A DNA stretch of 64,000 nt from Acidobacteriota bacterium (GTDB lineage Bacteria; Acidobacteriota; UBA4820; DSQY01), in contig JAKAKG010000203.1 in the NCBI GenBank assembly GCA_021813555.1, forward strand, positions 3,507 to 67,506, written 5' to 3'. Below the pieces are notes generated by a model, which was given only the letters and a program-made list of their open reading frames with translations, did not search any database and was not told the origin of the DNA. Both the position numbers and the translations under genes were made by a program. This document shows, piece after piece, positions 39,830 to 50,486 of the stretch; the stretch's first letter is position 1, and the number at the start of each line of letters is the position of its first letter.

Positions 39830-41491
39830 ATGGCGCAGGTGCAAGCCAGCCGCGGAGAGCTTTGGAAGAAATACTACGACATCAGCCAGGACCAGCTCCA
39901 GGAGCTGGACCGCCAGATCGAGGCACTCGGGCAGGCGCCCTGGGAACAAGGTCCCCTGAGATCGGTCCAGCGCGTATTCCACAACTTCTCCGGTTCGGGC
40001 GCCTTGTACTCCGCTCCCCAGGTTAGCGCCCTGGGCGGGGAAGGCGAATACATGTGCTCGAGCATCCTTCTGGCGGGGCGGGCCATCGGTGAGGGTGAGC
40101 TCCAGCAGATCGAAAGCCTCGTGCGCCGAATCCGAGCCGAGTTCCAGAACCTCATGAACGCCGCGGCCAAAGCGTCCGCGCGTCCGGCCAAACCCGCGCG
40201 GGGCATTCCCCTCCTGTTCCTCCTCGCCCCCGAGACTCCCGAAACCAAGGCCCTTGCGGAGTACCTGAGCAAGCGGCGCGTCCAGGTGGAAATCCTGCCC
40301 ACCCTGGCCGTAGCCGAGCGGAGGCTGGACGCGGGCCTGCCCGATCTCGTGGCCGTCAGCCTCAAACTGGACGGCGGGTCGGCCTACGATTTCGTGCGAA
40401 GCCTGAGGATCATCGAAGGGGAGCCTTCCATCCCCGTTCTTCTCCTTGGCGAGAGCCAGCGGTTCCTGGACAAGGTCGAGGCCATCCACTGCGGCGCCGA
40501 TGGATTCGTGGCGGCCCCTCCCGACCCCGCCACCGTTCTCAAAAAGTTCAAGGCCGTTATGGCCAAGCACAAGGGGGTGGCCTCGAAGATCCTGGTGGTC
40601 GAGGACGACCCCGCCCAGGCGCGCTTCGTGGAGGAGTGCCTCGTGACGGGCGGGTATCAGGTCAGCGTCTGCCAGGACCCGTCTCTTTTTGAGGCCGACC
40701 TCTACGCGTTCCACCCCGCCCTGGTCTTGATGGACGTTCTCCTTCCGGGCGCCAGCGGGTACGACCTGGTGCGATTCATGCGGCAGGAGGAGGGCTTCGC
40801 GGCGATCCCCGTCATCTTCATCACGACCGAGGGGCAGCGCCGCAGCCAGATCCTCGCCGCCGAAGCGGGGGGCGACGACTTCCTGGCCAAGCCCGTCACG
40901 GCGGAGGATCTTCTCTCCATCGTTCGGTCAAGGCTGGCAAGGCACAGGAGCCTGCAGGACCTGATGGATCACGACGACCTGACGGGACTACTGGCTCACA
41001 CGCCCTTCCTGCGCGAGGCTCGCCTCTGCCTGACCCGTTACAGCCGTCGGAAAATCGCTTACGCCGCGGTTTTGTTCCGGGTGGATCGCCTGGATGAATA
41101 CGGGGCTCGTTACGGCGCCAAGGCCGGGGACACACTCGTGGTGGGCCTCGCCAAGTTTCTCCAGCGGAAAATTCGCCAGACCGACGTCATGGGCCGATAC
41201 GGAGACCAAGAACTCGCGGTGGTCCTGGAACATCTCTCGGAGACCGACGCCCTGAGGCTCATCCAGCGCCTGCAGCAGGAGTTCCAATCCATCGAACACC
41301 CCCTCGGGGGGGATCGCAACCTCCGGGCCACGTTCAGCGCCGGCATCGCCATGACCGGCCCCGACATGAAGACCCTCAAGGACTGGCTCGATCGCGCGGG
41401 CGCGGCCCTCCAAGACGCCATTCGGCAGGGCGGGAACCGGACGATCTTTTTCGGGCGAGCCGGCGGCGAGGCTACTTCCCCATCACCCTGA
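39830..41491 (+). CDS. Response regulator with tandem receiver domains and degenerate GGDEF domain (active-site motif replaced by GDQEL)
   Basis: 553 aa containing two REC-like domains (ILVVEDD...D...K) and a C-terminal GGDEF fold that ends in RYGDQELAV instead of GGDEF/GGEEF. Confidence 0.8.
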   Translation: MAQVQASRGELWKKYYDISQDQLQELDRQIEALGQAPWEQGPLRSVQRVFHNFSGSGALYSAPQVSALGGEGEYMCSSILLAGRAIGEGELQQIESLVRRIRAEFQNLMNAAAKASARPAKPARGIPLLFLLAPETPETKALAEYLSKRRVQVEILPTLAVAERRLDAGLPDLVAVSLKLDGGSAYDFVRSLRIIEGEPSIPVLLLGESQRFLDKVEAIHCGADGFVAAPPDPATVLKKFKAVMAKHKGVASKILVVEDDPAQARFVEECLVTGGYQVSVCQDPSLFEADLYAFHPALVLMDVLLPGASGYDLVRFMRQEEGFAAIPVIFITTEGQRRSQILAAEAGGDDFLAKPVTAEDLLSIVRSRLARHRSLQDLMDHDDLTGLLAHTPFLREARLCLTRYSRRKIAYAAVLFRVDRLDEYGARYGAKAGDTLVVGLAKFLQRKIRQTDVMGRYGDQELAVVLEHLSETDALRLIQRLQQEFQSIEHPLGGDRNLRATFSAGIAMTGPDMKTLKDWLDRAGAALQDAIRQGGNRTIFFGRAGGEATSPSP

Positions 41492-42461
41492 GCAGGTGCC
41501 TCTCGACGATGGCCCAGGGCGGCCCGGGGTCCCCCTTCAAGGCCAAATCCAGCTCGAAGAGGGCACCCAAGGTTTTCCGGACGCGCGCCTCGGGCCACTT
41601 GGACGCGACGCCGAGGAGCTTCTGGGCCGGGTACGGATGGTTGAACCCCAGGCTCCTGAAGGGAATGTCCCGCCGCTCCGCCCCTCGCGCTTCCAGACCG
41701 TGCATGAGCAACAGGGACCTGAGCTGCTTGGCGAGCATGCCCACGAAGAGGAGGGGCACCGAATCGGGATCCTGGGCGATACGCTGCAGGAGGTCGAGAA
41801 AGGGCCTCACCTCGCCCTTGAGGAAAGCATCCTGCAAATCCCATTGCTGAGGCGTCCCGCCGGCGCCTAAAAGGGCCTCCACGTCCTCCGCTTCAAGGCG
41901 CTTCTCCTCGTTCCTGTATAGGCACAAAAGGTCCAAGGCGGAGACGAGCCTCCCCACGTCTCCGCAGGACCATTCCTCCAGGGCCGTAGCGGCCGCCGGG
42001 GCGATGGAGAAGCCTTCGGCGCGCAGGCGCTTGGCCACGTACTCGCGGCCGCCGCGAGGCGTGCACGATCGGGTGGGAACCTTGTCCATGAGGGCTTTCC
42101 AACGCGCCGGGACCTTCTTATCGGAGAGGTCCCCTACCACTTCGACGAGCAGGGCGGTGGATGTCGCGGGGTTGTCCAGATATCGGCCGAGGGCCTTGAT
42201 CAGATCGTCGGAGGCCGATTCGGCCTGCCTGAGGCGAACCACCTGGCGCTCGCTCCACATGGGAAGGGTATTGAGCTCGACGCCGAGCTGCCCCGGATCG
42301 AGACCCGCCGCCGAAAGATTGGTCGCTCCGTCCTCACCGCCCCACCGCTCGGCCCATCCGCGGGAGACTTCATCCAGGAAGCGGCCGTCCTCCGCCCATA
42401 TGAGAAGGTTCTGCGGATAGCTCCCCGCCCCCGCCTTCTCCTTCTTCTCCTCACTCCGCAC
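41472..42461 (-). CDS. holA: DNA polymerase III delta subunit-like (HolA)
   Basis: 329 aa with a delta-subunit-like pattern. The GTG start lies inside the heptamer array. The assignment is moderate. Confidence 0.6.
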   Translation of the reverse strand: MRSEEKKEKAGAGSYPQNLLIWAEDGRFLDEVSRGWAERWGGEDGATNLSAAGLDPGQLGVELNTLPMWSERQVVRLRQAESASDDLIKALGRYLDNPATSTALLVEVVGDLSDKKVPARWKALMDKVPTRSCTPRGGREYVAKRLRAEGFSIAPAAATALEEWSCGDVGRLVSALDLLCLYRNEEKRLEAEDVEALLGAGGTPQQWDLQDAFLKGEVRPFLDLLQRIAQDPDSVPLLFVGMLAKQLRSLLLMHGLEARGAERRDIPFRSLGFNHPYPAQKLLGVASKWPEARVRKTLGALFELDLALKGDPGPPWAIVERHLLRVMGK

Positions 42462-42538
42462 TCCTCGCTCCTTTTTCTTTTCCCTTTTCCCTTTTCACTT
42501 CTCACTTTTCACTTTTTACTTCTTACTTTTCACTCCTC
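42462..42538. repeat. Heptamer array (~11 units GTGARAA / GGGAAAA / GAGTGAG on minus strand) between oppC stop and holA start
   Basis: The reverse complement reads ggaggagtgaaaagtaagaagtaaaaagtgaaaagtgagaagtgaaaagggaaaagggaaaagaaaaaggagcgaggag. The oppC TGA stop and the holA GTG start both lie within repeat units. Confidence 0.9.
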
Positions 42539-43615
42539 CGCCCTCGGGTCCAGTGCGTCGCGGACCCCTTCGCCCACGAGATTGTACGACAGAACCGTGA
42601 GGAAGATGGCGGCGCCCGGGAAGAGGCCCAGCCACCACTCGTCCCAGTAGCGCGTCACGAGGCTGAGGATGTTGCCCCAGGAAGGATCGGGGGGCTGGAC
42701 CCCAACGCCCAGGAAGGAGATGGCCGCTTCCATGAGGACGGCTCCCGCCACGTCGAAGGTGGCGTTCACCAGGAGGGGCGTCATGGCGTTGGGCAGGATG
42801 TGCCGCAAGGCCAGGCGAAGGGGCGAGGCGCCCAGCGCCTTGGCCGCGGCCACGAAGTCGGCTCCTTTCATGCGCATGAATTCGGCCCGGGCGTACCTCG
42901 CCATGCCCGTCCAGGAGGTGGCGGCGATGACCACGGTGATGGTCCAAATGTTGAGGTACTTGGGGTCCATGACCGCCACCGCCGCGAGAATGAGGAAGAA
43001 GGTGGGAAAGCAGGCCATGACTTCGATCAGCCTTGATACGATGAGGAGATCCAGCCAGCCGCCGGCGTAGCCGGCCGCGGCCCCCACCGCCACGCCCAGG
43101 AGGCCCGAGAGGCCCACGGCCAGGAGGCCCACGAGCAGGGACACCTTGGCCCCGTGCAGAACCCTGCTCAGCACGTCCCGGCCGCTGTCGTCACAGCCGA
43201 AATAGTGGCCGGTGCGCCAAGACGGCGGCGTGTTCACGTCGTCGAGGCGCTGCTGGAGGGGCGAGAAGGGGACCGGCGGAAGGAGAACGGAGCTGACCTT
43301 GGGATCGGGACGGGTCCTCTGGTTGAGGAGCCAGTCCGGATCCTCCACGAGGCGCAGGCTCACGGCGTCCCGCTTCAGAAGGCGATTGAGAGGGAACAGG
43401 CCGCGGAAGGCCGTAAAACGGGCTACCCCTTCGTAACGGATGAAGAGCGGTTCGTTGTTGGCCAGGAGCGGAGCGAAGTACGCCGCGAGCGCCAGAAGGA
43501 GAAGGAACGCGAGCCCCCGCGCCGCCCCTCTGCGCCGGGCGAAGGTCTGGAAGGCCGAAGGCCCCGGCGCGCCGTCTTGCGCGTTGTCTTTGTCGCGCGG
43601 TCCCGCGGTCTCCAT
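42530..43615 (-). CDS. ABC peptide transporter permease (DppC/OppC type)
   Basis: The track ORF 42530..44206 is trimmed to the ATG at 43615 (METAGPRDKD), which overlaps the stop of the upstream permease. A binding-protein-dependent transport signature is present. Confidence 0.85.
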   Translation of the reverse strand: METAGPRDKDNAQDGAPGPSAFQTFARRRGAARGLAFLLLLALAAYFAPLLANNEPLFIRYEGVARFTAFRGLFPLNRLLKRDAVSLRLVEDPDWLLNQRTRPDPKVSSVLLPPVPFSPLQQRLDDVNTPPSWRTGHYFGCDDSGRDVLSRVLHGAKVSLLVGLLAVGLSGLLGVAVGAAAGYAGGWLDLLIVSRLIEVMACFPTFFLILAAVAVMDPKYLNIWTITVVIAATSWTGMARYARAEFMRMKGADFVAAAKALGASPLRLALRHILPNAMTPLLVNATFDVAGAVLMEAAISFLGVGVQPPDPSWGNILSLVTRYWDEWWLGLFPGAAIFLTVLSYNLVGEGVRDALDPRAEE

Positions 43616-43617
43616 CC

Positions 43618-44667
43618 CTACTCCAGCCTCACCCTTGGATCGGCCACGGTGTACGCCACGTCCGTCGCGAGGTTTGAAAGGAGAACCGCCACGGCGCCCA
43701 TGAGCGACTCGGCCATGATGAGGGGATAGTCGCGGCTGTAAATGGCCTTGATGTACATCTGGCCCAGGCCCGGCCAGGAGAAGATCTGCTCGATGATGAC
43801 GCTGCCCGAGATGAGAGCGGGCAGGAGGATTCCCGAGAGGGTCAGGAGCGGGATCAGCGCGTTGCGAAGTCCGTGCCGGTAGAGGACGGCCGCTTCGCTC
43901 ACCCCCTTGGCCCGTGCCGTGCGGATGTAATCCTGGCTCAGCACGTCCAGGAGGGCACCCCGGGCGAACCGGGACAAGAATGCGAGCCCGCCGTAGCTCA
44001 GGCAGAGGGCCGGCAAAGCGGCGTGCTTGAGGAGGTCCCAGGCTTTGCCCGCCGCGGACATGGCCTCGAACCCATCGGAGCGCATGCCTATAAACGGCAG
44101 CCACTGAAGCCTGACTCCGACCAGGAGGATGAGGAGGATGGCCACCCAGAAATTGGGTAGCGAGTAAAGCACGTAAAGGGCCGCTGAGCTGGCCCTGTCG
44201 AACCATCCCCCTTGCCTGGCCGCCGCATGAAACCCCGCGGGGACGGCCACCACGACCATGAGGAAGAGCGCCAGAGCGTTGAGAAATAAGGTCGCCGCGA
44301 ACTTGCTGCTCAAGACCTGATTCAGGGCCGACCGCAAGGAGCCGCCTTCCGCTAGGACGCGCGCCGGCGCGTTGAAGAACACCTCAGAGACGGGCCGCCG
44401 CTCCGAGAAGGAGTCGCCGAGGGATCCCGTGGCCAGGGTCCCCAGCCATCTCCCGTACTGGACGTACCACGGCCGGTCCAGCCCGTATCGCGTCAAGAGG
44501 ATTTGGTAGTCTTGGGGATTCATCTGCCGAACGGCGGCTTCGCCCGAGGCCTGCGCCGCGGAGAAAGGATTGCCCGGGGCCAGTTTCATCACCGCGAAGA
44601 CCACCGCAGTGATGAGAAGCACCGTGGGCACCATGAGCACAGCGCGGCGAGTGAGGTAGCTCAGCAC
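43618..44667 (-). CDS. ABC peptide transporter permease (DppB/OppB type)
   Basis: 349 aa, 6-TM permease pattern. Confidence 0.85.
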   Translation of the reverse strand: MLSYLTRRAVLMVPTVLLITAVVFAVMKLAPGNPFSAAQASGEAAVRQMNPQDYQILLTRYGLDRPWYVQYGRWLGTLATGSLGDSFSERRPVSEVFFNAPARVLAEGGSLRSALNQVLSSKFAATLFLNALALFLMVVVAVPAGFHAAARQGGWFDRASSAALYVLYSLPNFWVAILLILLVGVRLQWLPFIGMRSDGFEAMSAAGKAWDLLKHAALPALCLSYGGLAFLSRFARGALLDVLSQDYIRTARAKGVSEAAVLYRHGLRNALIPLLTLSGILLPALISGSVIIEQIFSWPGLGQMYIKAIYSRDYPLIMAESLMGAVAVLLSNLATDVAYTVADPRVRLE

Positions 44668-44796
44668 GGGCAGACCCGGAGCGAGCGAAACGCGAAGAGA
44701 GATACTCGGCGAGCCGGAGGGCGATGGGCGGCCTTCATCTCCGCTGTCATCGCGGGTTCACTGGCTCCCTGCTTCGTTGAACCATGAGCTCCTTCA

Positions 44797-46530
44797 CTAC
44801 CGCAAGCCCTTCGGCACCCACCACTCCTTGACGGACGGATACCAGGTAAACAGCCCATACCCCGCCCGGCTCACCCGGACGTTCTGAAACTTGCTCCTCA
44901 CGGCCACTATCTGGCTCCCCATGAAGAGGTAGGTGTGAGGCTGATCTTGGGCCACCAGTTCGTGGATGCGCCAGAAGGCCCGCTGGCGAGCCGCCCGGTC
45001 GAAGGTTCGCTGCTCCGTCTCGATGAGCCGGTCTACCTCGGGACTCATGTAGGACACGTCGTTCTGTCCCGTCCCCATGCCATCGGGAAGGAGCTTGGCC
45101 TGAGAAGAGTGGAGGAGGCCATAAGGGTCTGGATCGTCTCCCAGGCTCCAACCCGAGAGGTAGGCCTGAAACTGGTGCCTTTGGGTCCTATCCAGGAAAA
45201 CGCTCCACTCCACTTTGCGGATGGCCATGGCGACGCCTATCCGCCTCAAGTCTTGCTGGAAAATCTCGAGGAAGCGGGAGAACTGGTCCACCTCCGCAGG
45301 CACCAGGCACTCGAAAGCCAGAGGCTTGCCGTCCTTTTCCCGGACCCCGTCCCCCTTCCGGTCCTTCCACCCAGCCGCATCCAGAAGCGCGGCGGCTCTG
45401 GCCGGATCGTAGGGGTAAGGCTTGATGGCGGGGTTGCTCTCCCAGCTTCCGGGATAAAACGGGCCGGAGCACGTGATGCCATGTCCGTCCAAAACCTTAT
45501 CCACGATGCCCTGGCGGTTTGTGGCATAGGTCATGGCCTGCCGGACCCGCCTGTCCCTGAAAAAGGGGTTGGAGCCATCCATGTTCCAGGCCAAGTACAT
45601 AAACTGACGCCCGTAGTACTCGAACACCGTGGCTCCCTTGAGAAGCGCTTGATCCGCCTTGAGCTGGCGCCACTGTTCGGTGGAGATGGCCGTGAGATCA
45701 AGCTGGCCCGTTTGGTAGGCCGCGAGCTGGGTCTGGCTCTGGGGAATGATTTTGAACACCATCGTATCCAGGTGTGGCCGCCCTCCGAAATAGCGGGGAT
45801 TTGCCTTCAAGACGATGCGCTCCCCGCGCTTCCACTCCGCGAAACGGAAGGGCCCCGTGCCCACTGGGGGCACGTCCGCGGACCCCTTATTGAAGTCCTG
45901 GCTCCGGCCCTTGGCGTAGGCGTATACGTGCCGTGGCATGATGTGAAGGTTCCAGGCCATGAGCCCCGGCGCGTAAGGCTCCTTCCAGGTCACCTTCACC
46001 GTGAAGTCATTCATCCTTTCGACCTTGGCCACGGCTTCGAAGCTCGGCCGCTTGTTGATGGCGTCTACGGCGGGATCCATGCACGCCTCATAGGTAAAGA
46101 GCACGTCATCGGCCGTGAAAGGCTTGCCATCATGCCATGTCACGCCCTTGCGCAGGTGGAAGGTGGTGGTTGTGTTGTCGGGGGAGTTTTCCCAGGATTC
46201 CGCCAGGACGCCCACGGGGTTCATGTCCTGGTCCACGTCCACGAGCGGGTCGTAGATCCACTTGTAGACCAAGTAGGACACCATGTCGTTGGCGATCACC
46301 GGATTGAGGGTGACGGCGTCGGCGGGGAGCGCGCGGGTGAACGTGCCGCCGTCTTCCGGGGCCTCGGCCTCCAATCCGGGGAGAAACGCCATGGTGCGCT
46401 CGGCTGGAGACGGGGTGCCTGCCCAGAACGGCGCCGCAAGCCCGCCGGCCAGCGTCAGAACCAGGGCCGCGGCCCACGGCCCTCCCGACGCCTCCCGCTC
46501 CTTCCTGCTCTCTGAAGGTCCCAAGCCCAC
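44797..46530 (-). CDS. ABC transporter substrate-binding protein, family 5 (oligopeptide/dipeptide/nickel type)
   Basis: The track ORF 44797..47421 is trimmed. The likely start is the GTG at 46530, giving a signal peptide ([26 protein letters not shown]) and an SBP_bac_5-like body. The start is uncertain. Confidence 0.8.
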   Translation of the reverse strand: MGLGPSESRKEREASGGPWAAALVLTLAGGLAAPFWAGTPSPAERTMAFLPGLEAEAPEDGGTFTRALPADAVTLNPVIANDMVSYLVYKWIYDPLVDVDQDMNPVGVLAESWENSPDNTTTTFHLRKGVTWHDGKPFTADDVLFTYEACMDPAVDAINKRPSFEAVAKVERMNDFTVKVTWKEPYAPGLMAWNLHIMPRHVYAYAKGRSQDFNKGSADVPPVGTGPFRFAEWKRGERIVLKANPRYFGGRPHLDTMVFKIIPQSQTQLAAYQTGQLDLTAISTEQWRQLKADQALLKGATVFEYYGRQFMYLAWNMDGSNPFFRDRRVRQAMTYATNRQGIVDKVLDGHGITCSGPFYPGSWESNPAIKPYPYDPARAAALLDAAGWKDRKGDGVREKDGKPLAFECLVPAEVDQFSRFLEIFQQDLRRIGVAMAIRKVEWSVFLDRTQRHQFQAYLSGWSLGDDPDPYGLLHSSQAKLLPDGMGTGQNDVSYMSPEVDRLIETEQRTFDRAARQRAFWRIHELVAQDQPHTYLFMGSQIVAVRSKFQNVRVSRAGYGLFTWYPSVKEWWVPKGLR

Positions 46531-46725
46531 CCCCCCACGTTTGCTTTCAAGTTTAGGCCCGTCGTGCCCCCCCCGGCAAGGGCGCGAGCGAGGCCCACAC
46601 GGCGCCGGTGTCACGCCCCTTTCATTGACAGGTGCCGTTCCCTGTGCCATACTTTTGTTCTTTTTAGAGGCACCGCGGCATCCGATCCGCCACCACGTAA
46701 GCGTCCACGTCGTCAGGGGGTCAAA

Positions 46726-47904
46726 GTGAAAGTTCACGAATACCAGGCCAAGGAAATCCTGCAACGGTACCAGGTGGCCGTCCCCAAGGGCAAGGTCGCC
46801 TTCTCCGCCGAGCAGGCGTACGCCATCGCCAAGGAACTGGGCGGCACCGTCGTGGTGAAAGCACAGATCCACGCTGGCGGGCGGGGCAAGGGCACCTTCA
46901 CGGACGGCTTCAAGGGCGGCGTGAAGCTGGCCAAGACCGCCGACGAGGCGGCCGAGTACGCGAAGAAAATGCTCGGCAACACCCTCGTCACGCATCAGAC
47001 GGGATCCGCGGGCAAGCAGGTCCAGAAAATCTACGTGACCGGCGCCAGCTCCATCGCCAAGGAGTATTACCTCGGCATCGTGCTGGACCGGTCCAAGCAG
47101 ATGAACGTGATCATGTCCTCCACCGAGGGGGGCGTCGAGATCGAGAAGGTGGCCGCCGAGGCCCCCGAGAAGATTCTCAAAACCTGGATCGATCCGCTCC
47201 TGGGCATCCAGCCCTTCCACGCCCGCGAAATCGCCTTTGGCCTCGGCTTCACGGGCGAAGCCTTCAAGGAGTGCGTGAAGCTCGTTACGGCGCTGTACAA
47301 AGCCCACGAAGAGACGGACTCGACTCTTACTGAAATCAATCCTCTCATCCTCACGGAAGACGGCCACGTGCTGGCCCTCGACGCGAAGATGAACTTCGAC
47401 GACAACGCCCTCTACCGCCACCAGGACATCATGGAGATGCGGGACTTCACGGAGGAGGACCCGCTGGAAGTGGAGGCGAGCAAGTTCGACCTGAACTACA
47501 TCAAGCTCGACGGCTCCATCGGGTGCATGGTGAACGGCGCGGGCTTGGCCATGGCCACCATGGACGTCATCAAGCTCGAGGGGGGCGAACCGGCCAACTT
47601 CTTGGACGTGGGGGGCGGCGCCACCACGGAGCGCGTGAAGAACGCCTTCCGTATCCTCCTCTCCGACAAGAACGTGAAGGCCGTCCTCATCAACATTTTC
47701 GGCGGCATCGTCCGCTGCGACGTGATCGCCGAGGGCGTCATCGCCGCGGCCAAGGAGATCGGAGTCAATCTGCCCGTGGTGGTGCGCCTCCAGGGCACGA
47801 ACGTGGACAAGGGCAAGGCCATGCTCACGGAATCGGGCCTCAAATTCGCCGTGGCCGACAACCTGAAGCAGGCGGCCCAGATGGCCGTCGCATCCGTGAA
47901 GTGA
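46726..47904 (+). CDS. sucC: Succinyl-CoA synthetase beta subunit
   Basis: GTG start giving [12 protein letters not shown]... with ATP-grasp and ligase-CoA domains. Confidence 0.9.
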   Translation: MKVHEYQAKEILQRYQVAVPKGKVAFSAEQAYAIAKELGGTVVVKAQIHAGGRGKGTFTDGFKGGVKLAKTADEAAEYAKKMLGNTLVTHQTGSAGKQVQKIYVTGASSIAKEYYLGIVLDRSKQMNVIMSSTEGGVEIEKVAAEAPEKILKTWIDPLLGIQPFHAREIAFGLGFTGEAFKECVKLVTALYKAHEETDSTLTEINPLILTEDGHVLALDAKMNFDDNALYRHQDIMEMRDFTEEDPLEVEASKFDLNYIKLDGSIGCMVNGAGLAMATMDVIKLEGGEPANFLDVGGGATTERVKNAFRILLSDKNVKAVLINIFGGIVRCDVIAEGVIAAAKEIGVNLPVVVRLQGTNVDKGKAMLTESGLKFAVADNLKQAAQMAVASVK

Positions 47905-47913
47905 GGGGGGGCC

Positions 47914-48789
<876 letters not shown>

Positions 48790-48905
48790 CGGACGGACGC
48801 GCGATCAACAACCTGCGGGGGCAGGCGGAAGGGTCCGCTTGCCCCCGTTGCACTTAGCACCAACCCGAGGGGCACGATGCCCCGGATGCAGAGGGAGCAA
48901 AGATC

Positions 48906-49217
48906 ATGAGCACGCCGACGGAGCCGCGCAGCGGGGTTCGGGAGACGGGCGAGGCCGTAGGGTCCCCCCGGCTCGTGCAGATCAAGAAAGAGAAGGTCGC
49001 CACCTCGGGGCACGGCCAGAAGGTGAAGAAGGACGTCCTCATCACCGTGATCTCCGGCCATTGCAAAGGAGCCCTCTGCAACATCTGCGTGGCCTATTGC
49101 CCCGAAAAGGTCCTGGCCATGGGCTTTAAGACGGTGGAAGTGGTGAACGTGGACGCCTGCACCAAGTGTATGCTCTGCGAGATCCGCTGCCCCGATTTCG
49201 CGATTTTCGTGGACTGA
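48906..49217 (+). CDS. korD: 4Fe-4S ferredoxin, 2-oxoacid:ferredoxin oxidoreductase delta subunit-like
   Basis: Two Cys clusters, including CTKCMLCEIRCP. It sits immediately upstream of korA. Confidence 0.75.
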   Translation: MSTPTEPRSGVRETGEAVGSPRLVQIKKEKVATSGHGQKVKKDVLITVISGHCKGALCNICVAYCPEKVLAMGFKTVEVVNVDACTKCMLCEIRCPDFAIFVD

Positions 49218-49325
49218 TGGAACGTGACCGGGTATCAGGCGACGGGGCCATCTTGAGGCGTTGATCACACGATCACATGATCCGTTGATTACCTGATCAC
49301 GTTGACCTTTCCGAAAGGGAACCCG

Positions 49326-50483
49326 ATGAGCGCAGAAGCTACCGAAAAGAAAGCCCCGGTGATCAAATTCCTCGCCGGCAACGAAGCCTGCATGGAGGGA
49401 GCCCTCGCGGCGGGCTGCCGGTTCTTCGCGGGCTACCCCATCTCGCCCTCCTCCGAAATCGCCGAGAAGATGTCGGGGCGCCTGCCCAAACTAGGCGGCA
49501 AGTTCATCCAGATGGAGGATGAAATCGCCTCCATGGGCGCCATCATCGGCGCCAGCCTGGCCGGGGCCAAGTCCATGACGGCCACGTCGGGTCCGGGGTT
49601 TTCCCTCATGCAGGAAAACATCGGCTACGCCATGATGGCCGAAGTGCCCTGCGTCGTGGTCAACGTCATGCGCGGCGGCCCTTCCACGGGCAACCCCACG
49701 GGGCCGAGCCAGTCGGACGTCATGCAGTGCCGCTGGGGCACGCACGGCGACCACCCCGCCATCGTGCTGTCCCCCAACTCCATCCGCGAAGCCTTTGACA
49801 CTACCGTCCAGTGCTTCAACTTCGCCGAACAGTTCAGGACGTGCGTGGTGCTGGCCATGGACGAGATCGTGGCCCACATGCGAGAGAAAATCGTCATCCC
49901 GGCGAAGGAAGACATCAAGATCGTCAACCGGAAGAAGCCCAACCTCAAGCCCGGCGATCCCTACAAGCCTTACGAGGCGGATGCCAGCCTCATTCCACCC
50001 ATGATGAACTTCGGCGAGGGCTTCAGGTACCACGTGACGGGTCTGGACCACGACGCCACGGGCTTCCCCTCGGGCGCCCCCGACAACCAGGAGATCCTCC
50101 ACCGGAGGCTCGTGGACAAAGTAGAGATGCACAAGGATGAGCTTTTCCTCTTCGAAAACCATCGCACGGAGGACGCGGAGGTCCTGGTGGTTGCCTACGG
50201 GTCCACCTCCCGCTCGGCCAAACGCGCCGTGGAGGAAGCCCGCGCGCAGGGCATCAAGGCGGGGCTCTTCAGGCCCATCACCCTCTTCCCCATCCCCGAG
50301 AAGCAGATCGCCCTGGCCGCCAGCCACGCCAAAAAGGTCGTAGTCCCCGAAATGAACCTCGGACAGTACCGCCTGGAGGTCGAACGCATCCTCGGGCCGG
50401 CCGTTCCCGTCGTCGGGGTCCACCGTGTGAACGGTGAGCCCATCGCCCCGTCCCTGATCCTGTCCGCCATCGTGGGAGGCTGA
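49326..50483 (+). CDS. korA: 2-oxoglutarate/2-oxoacid:ferredoxin oxidoreductase alpha subunit
   Basis: ATG at 49326 with an aaggga SD. The product has the KorA/PorA pattern (FFAGYPISPSSEI...TATSGPGFSLMQE). Confidence 0.9.
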   Translation: MSAEATEKKAPVIKFLAGNEACMEGALAAGCRFFAGYPISPSSEIAEKMSGRLPKLGGKFIQMEDEIASMGAIIGASLAGAKSMTATSGPGFSLMQENIGYAMMAEVPCVVVNVMRGGPSTGNPTGPSQSDVMQCRWGTHGDHPAIVLSPNSIREAFDTTVQCFNFAEQFRTCVVLAMDEIVAHMREKIVIPAKEDIKIVNRKKPNLKPGDPYKPYEADASLIPPMMNFGEGFRYHVTGLDHDATGFPSGAPDNQEILHRRLVDKVEMHKDELFLFENHRTEDAEVLVVAYGSTSRSAKRAVEEARAQGIKAGLFRPITLFPIPEKQIALAASHAKKVVVPEMNLGQYRLEVERILGPAVPVVGVHRVNGEPIAPSLILSAIVGG

Positions 50484-50486
50484 GCC

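Noticed and set aside
42530-44206. 558-aa merged ORF
   Set aside because: The N-terminal 197 aa are out-of-frame antisense of the oppB-type gene. The real oppC-type CDS starts at the ATG at 43615, directly after the oppB stop.
44797-47421. 874-aa merged ORF
   Set aside because: The N-terminal ~300 aa are antisense to sucC. It was trimmed to the SBP body with its signal peptide.
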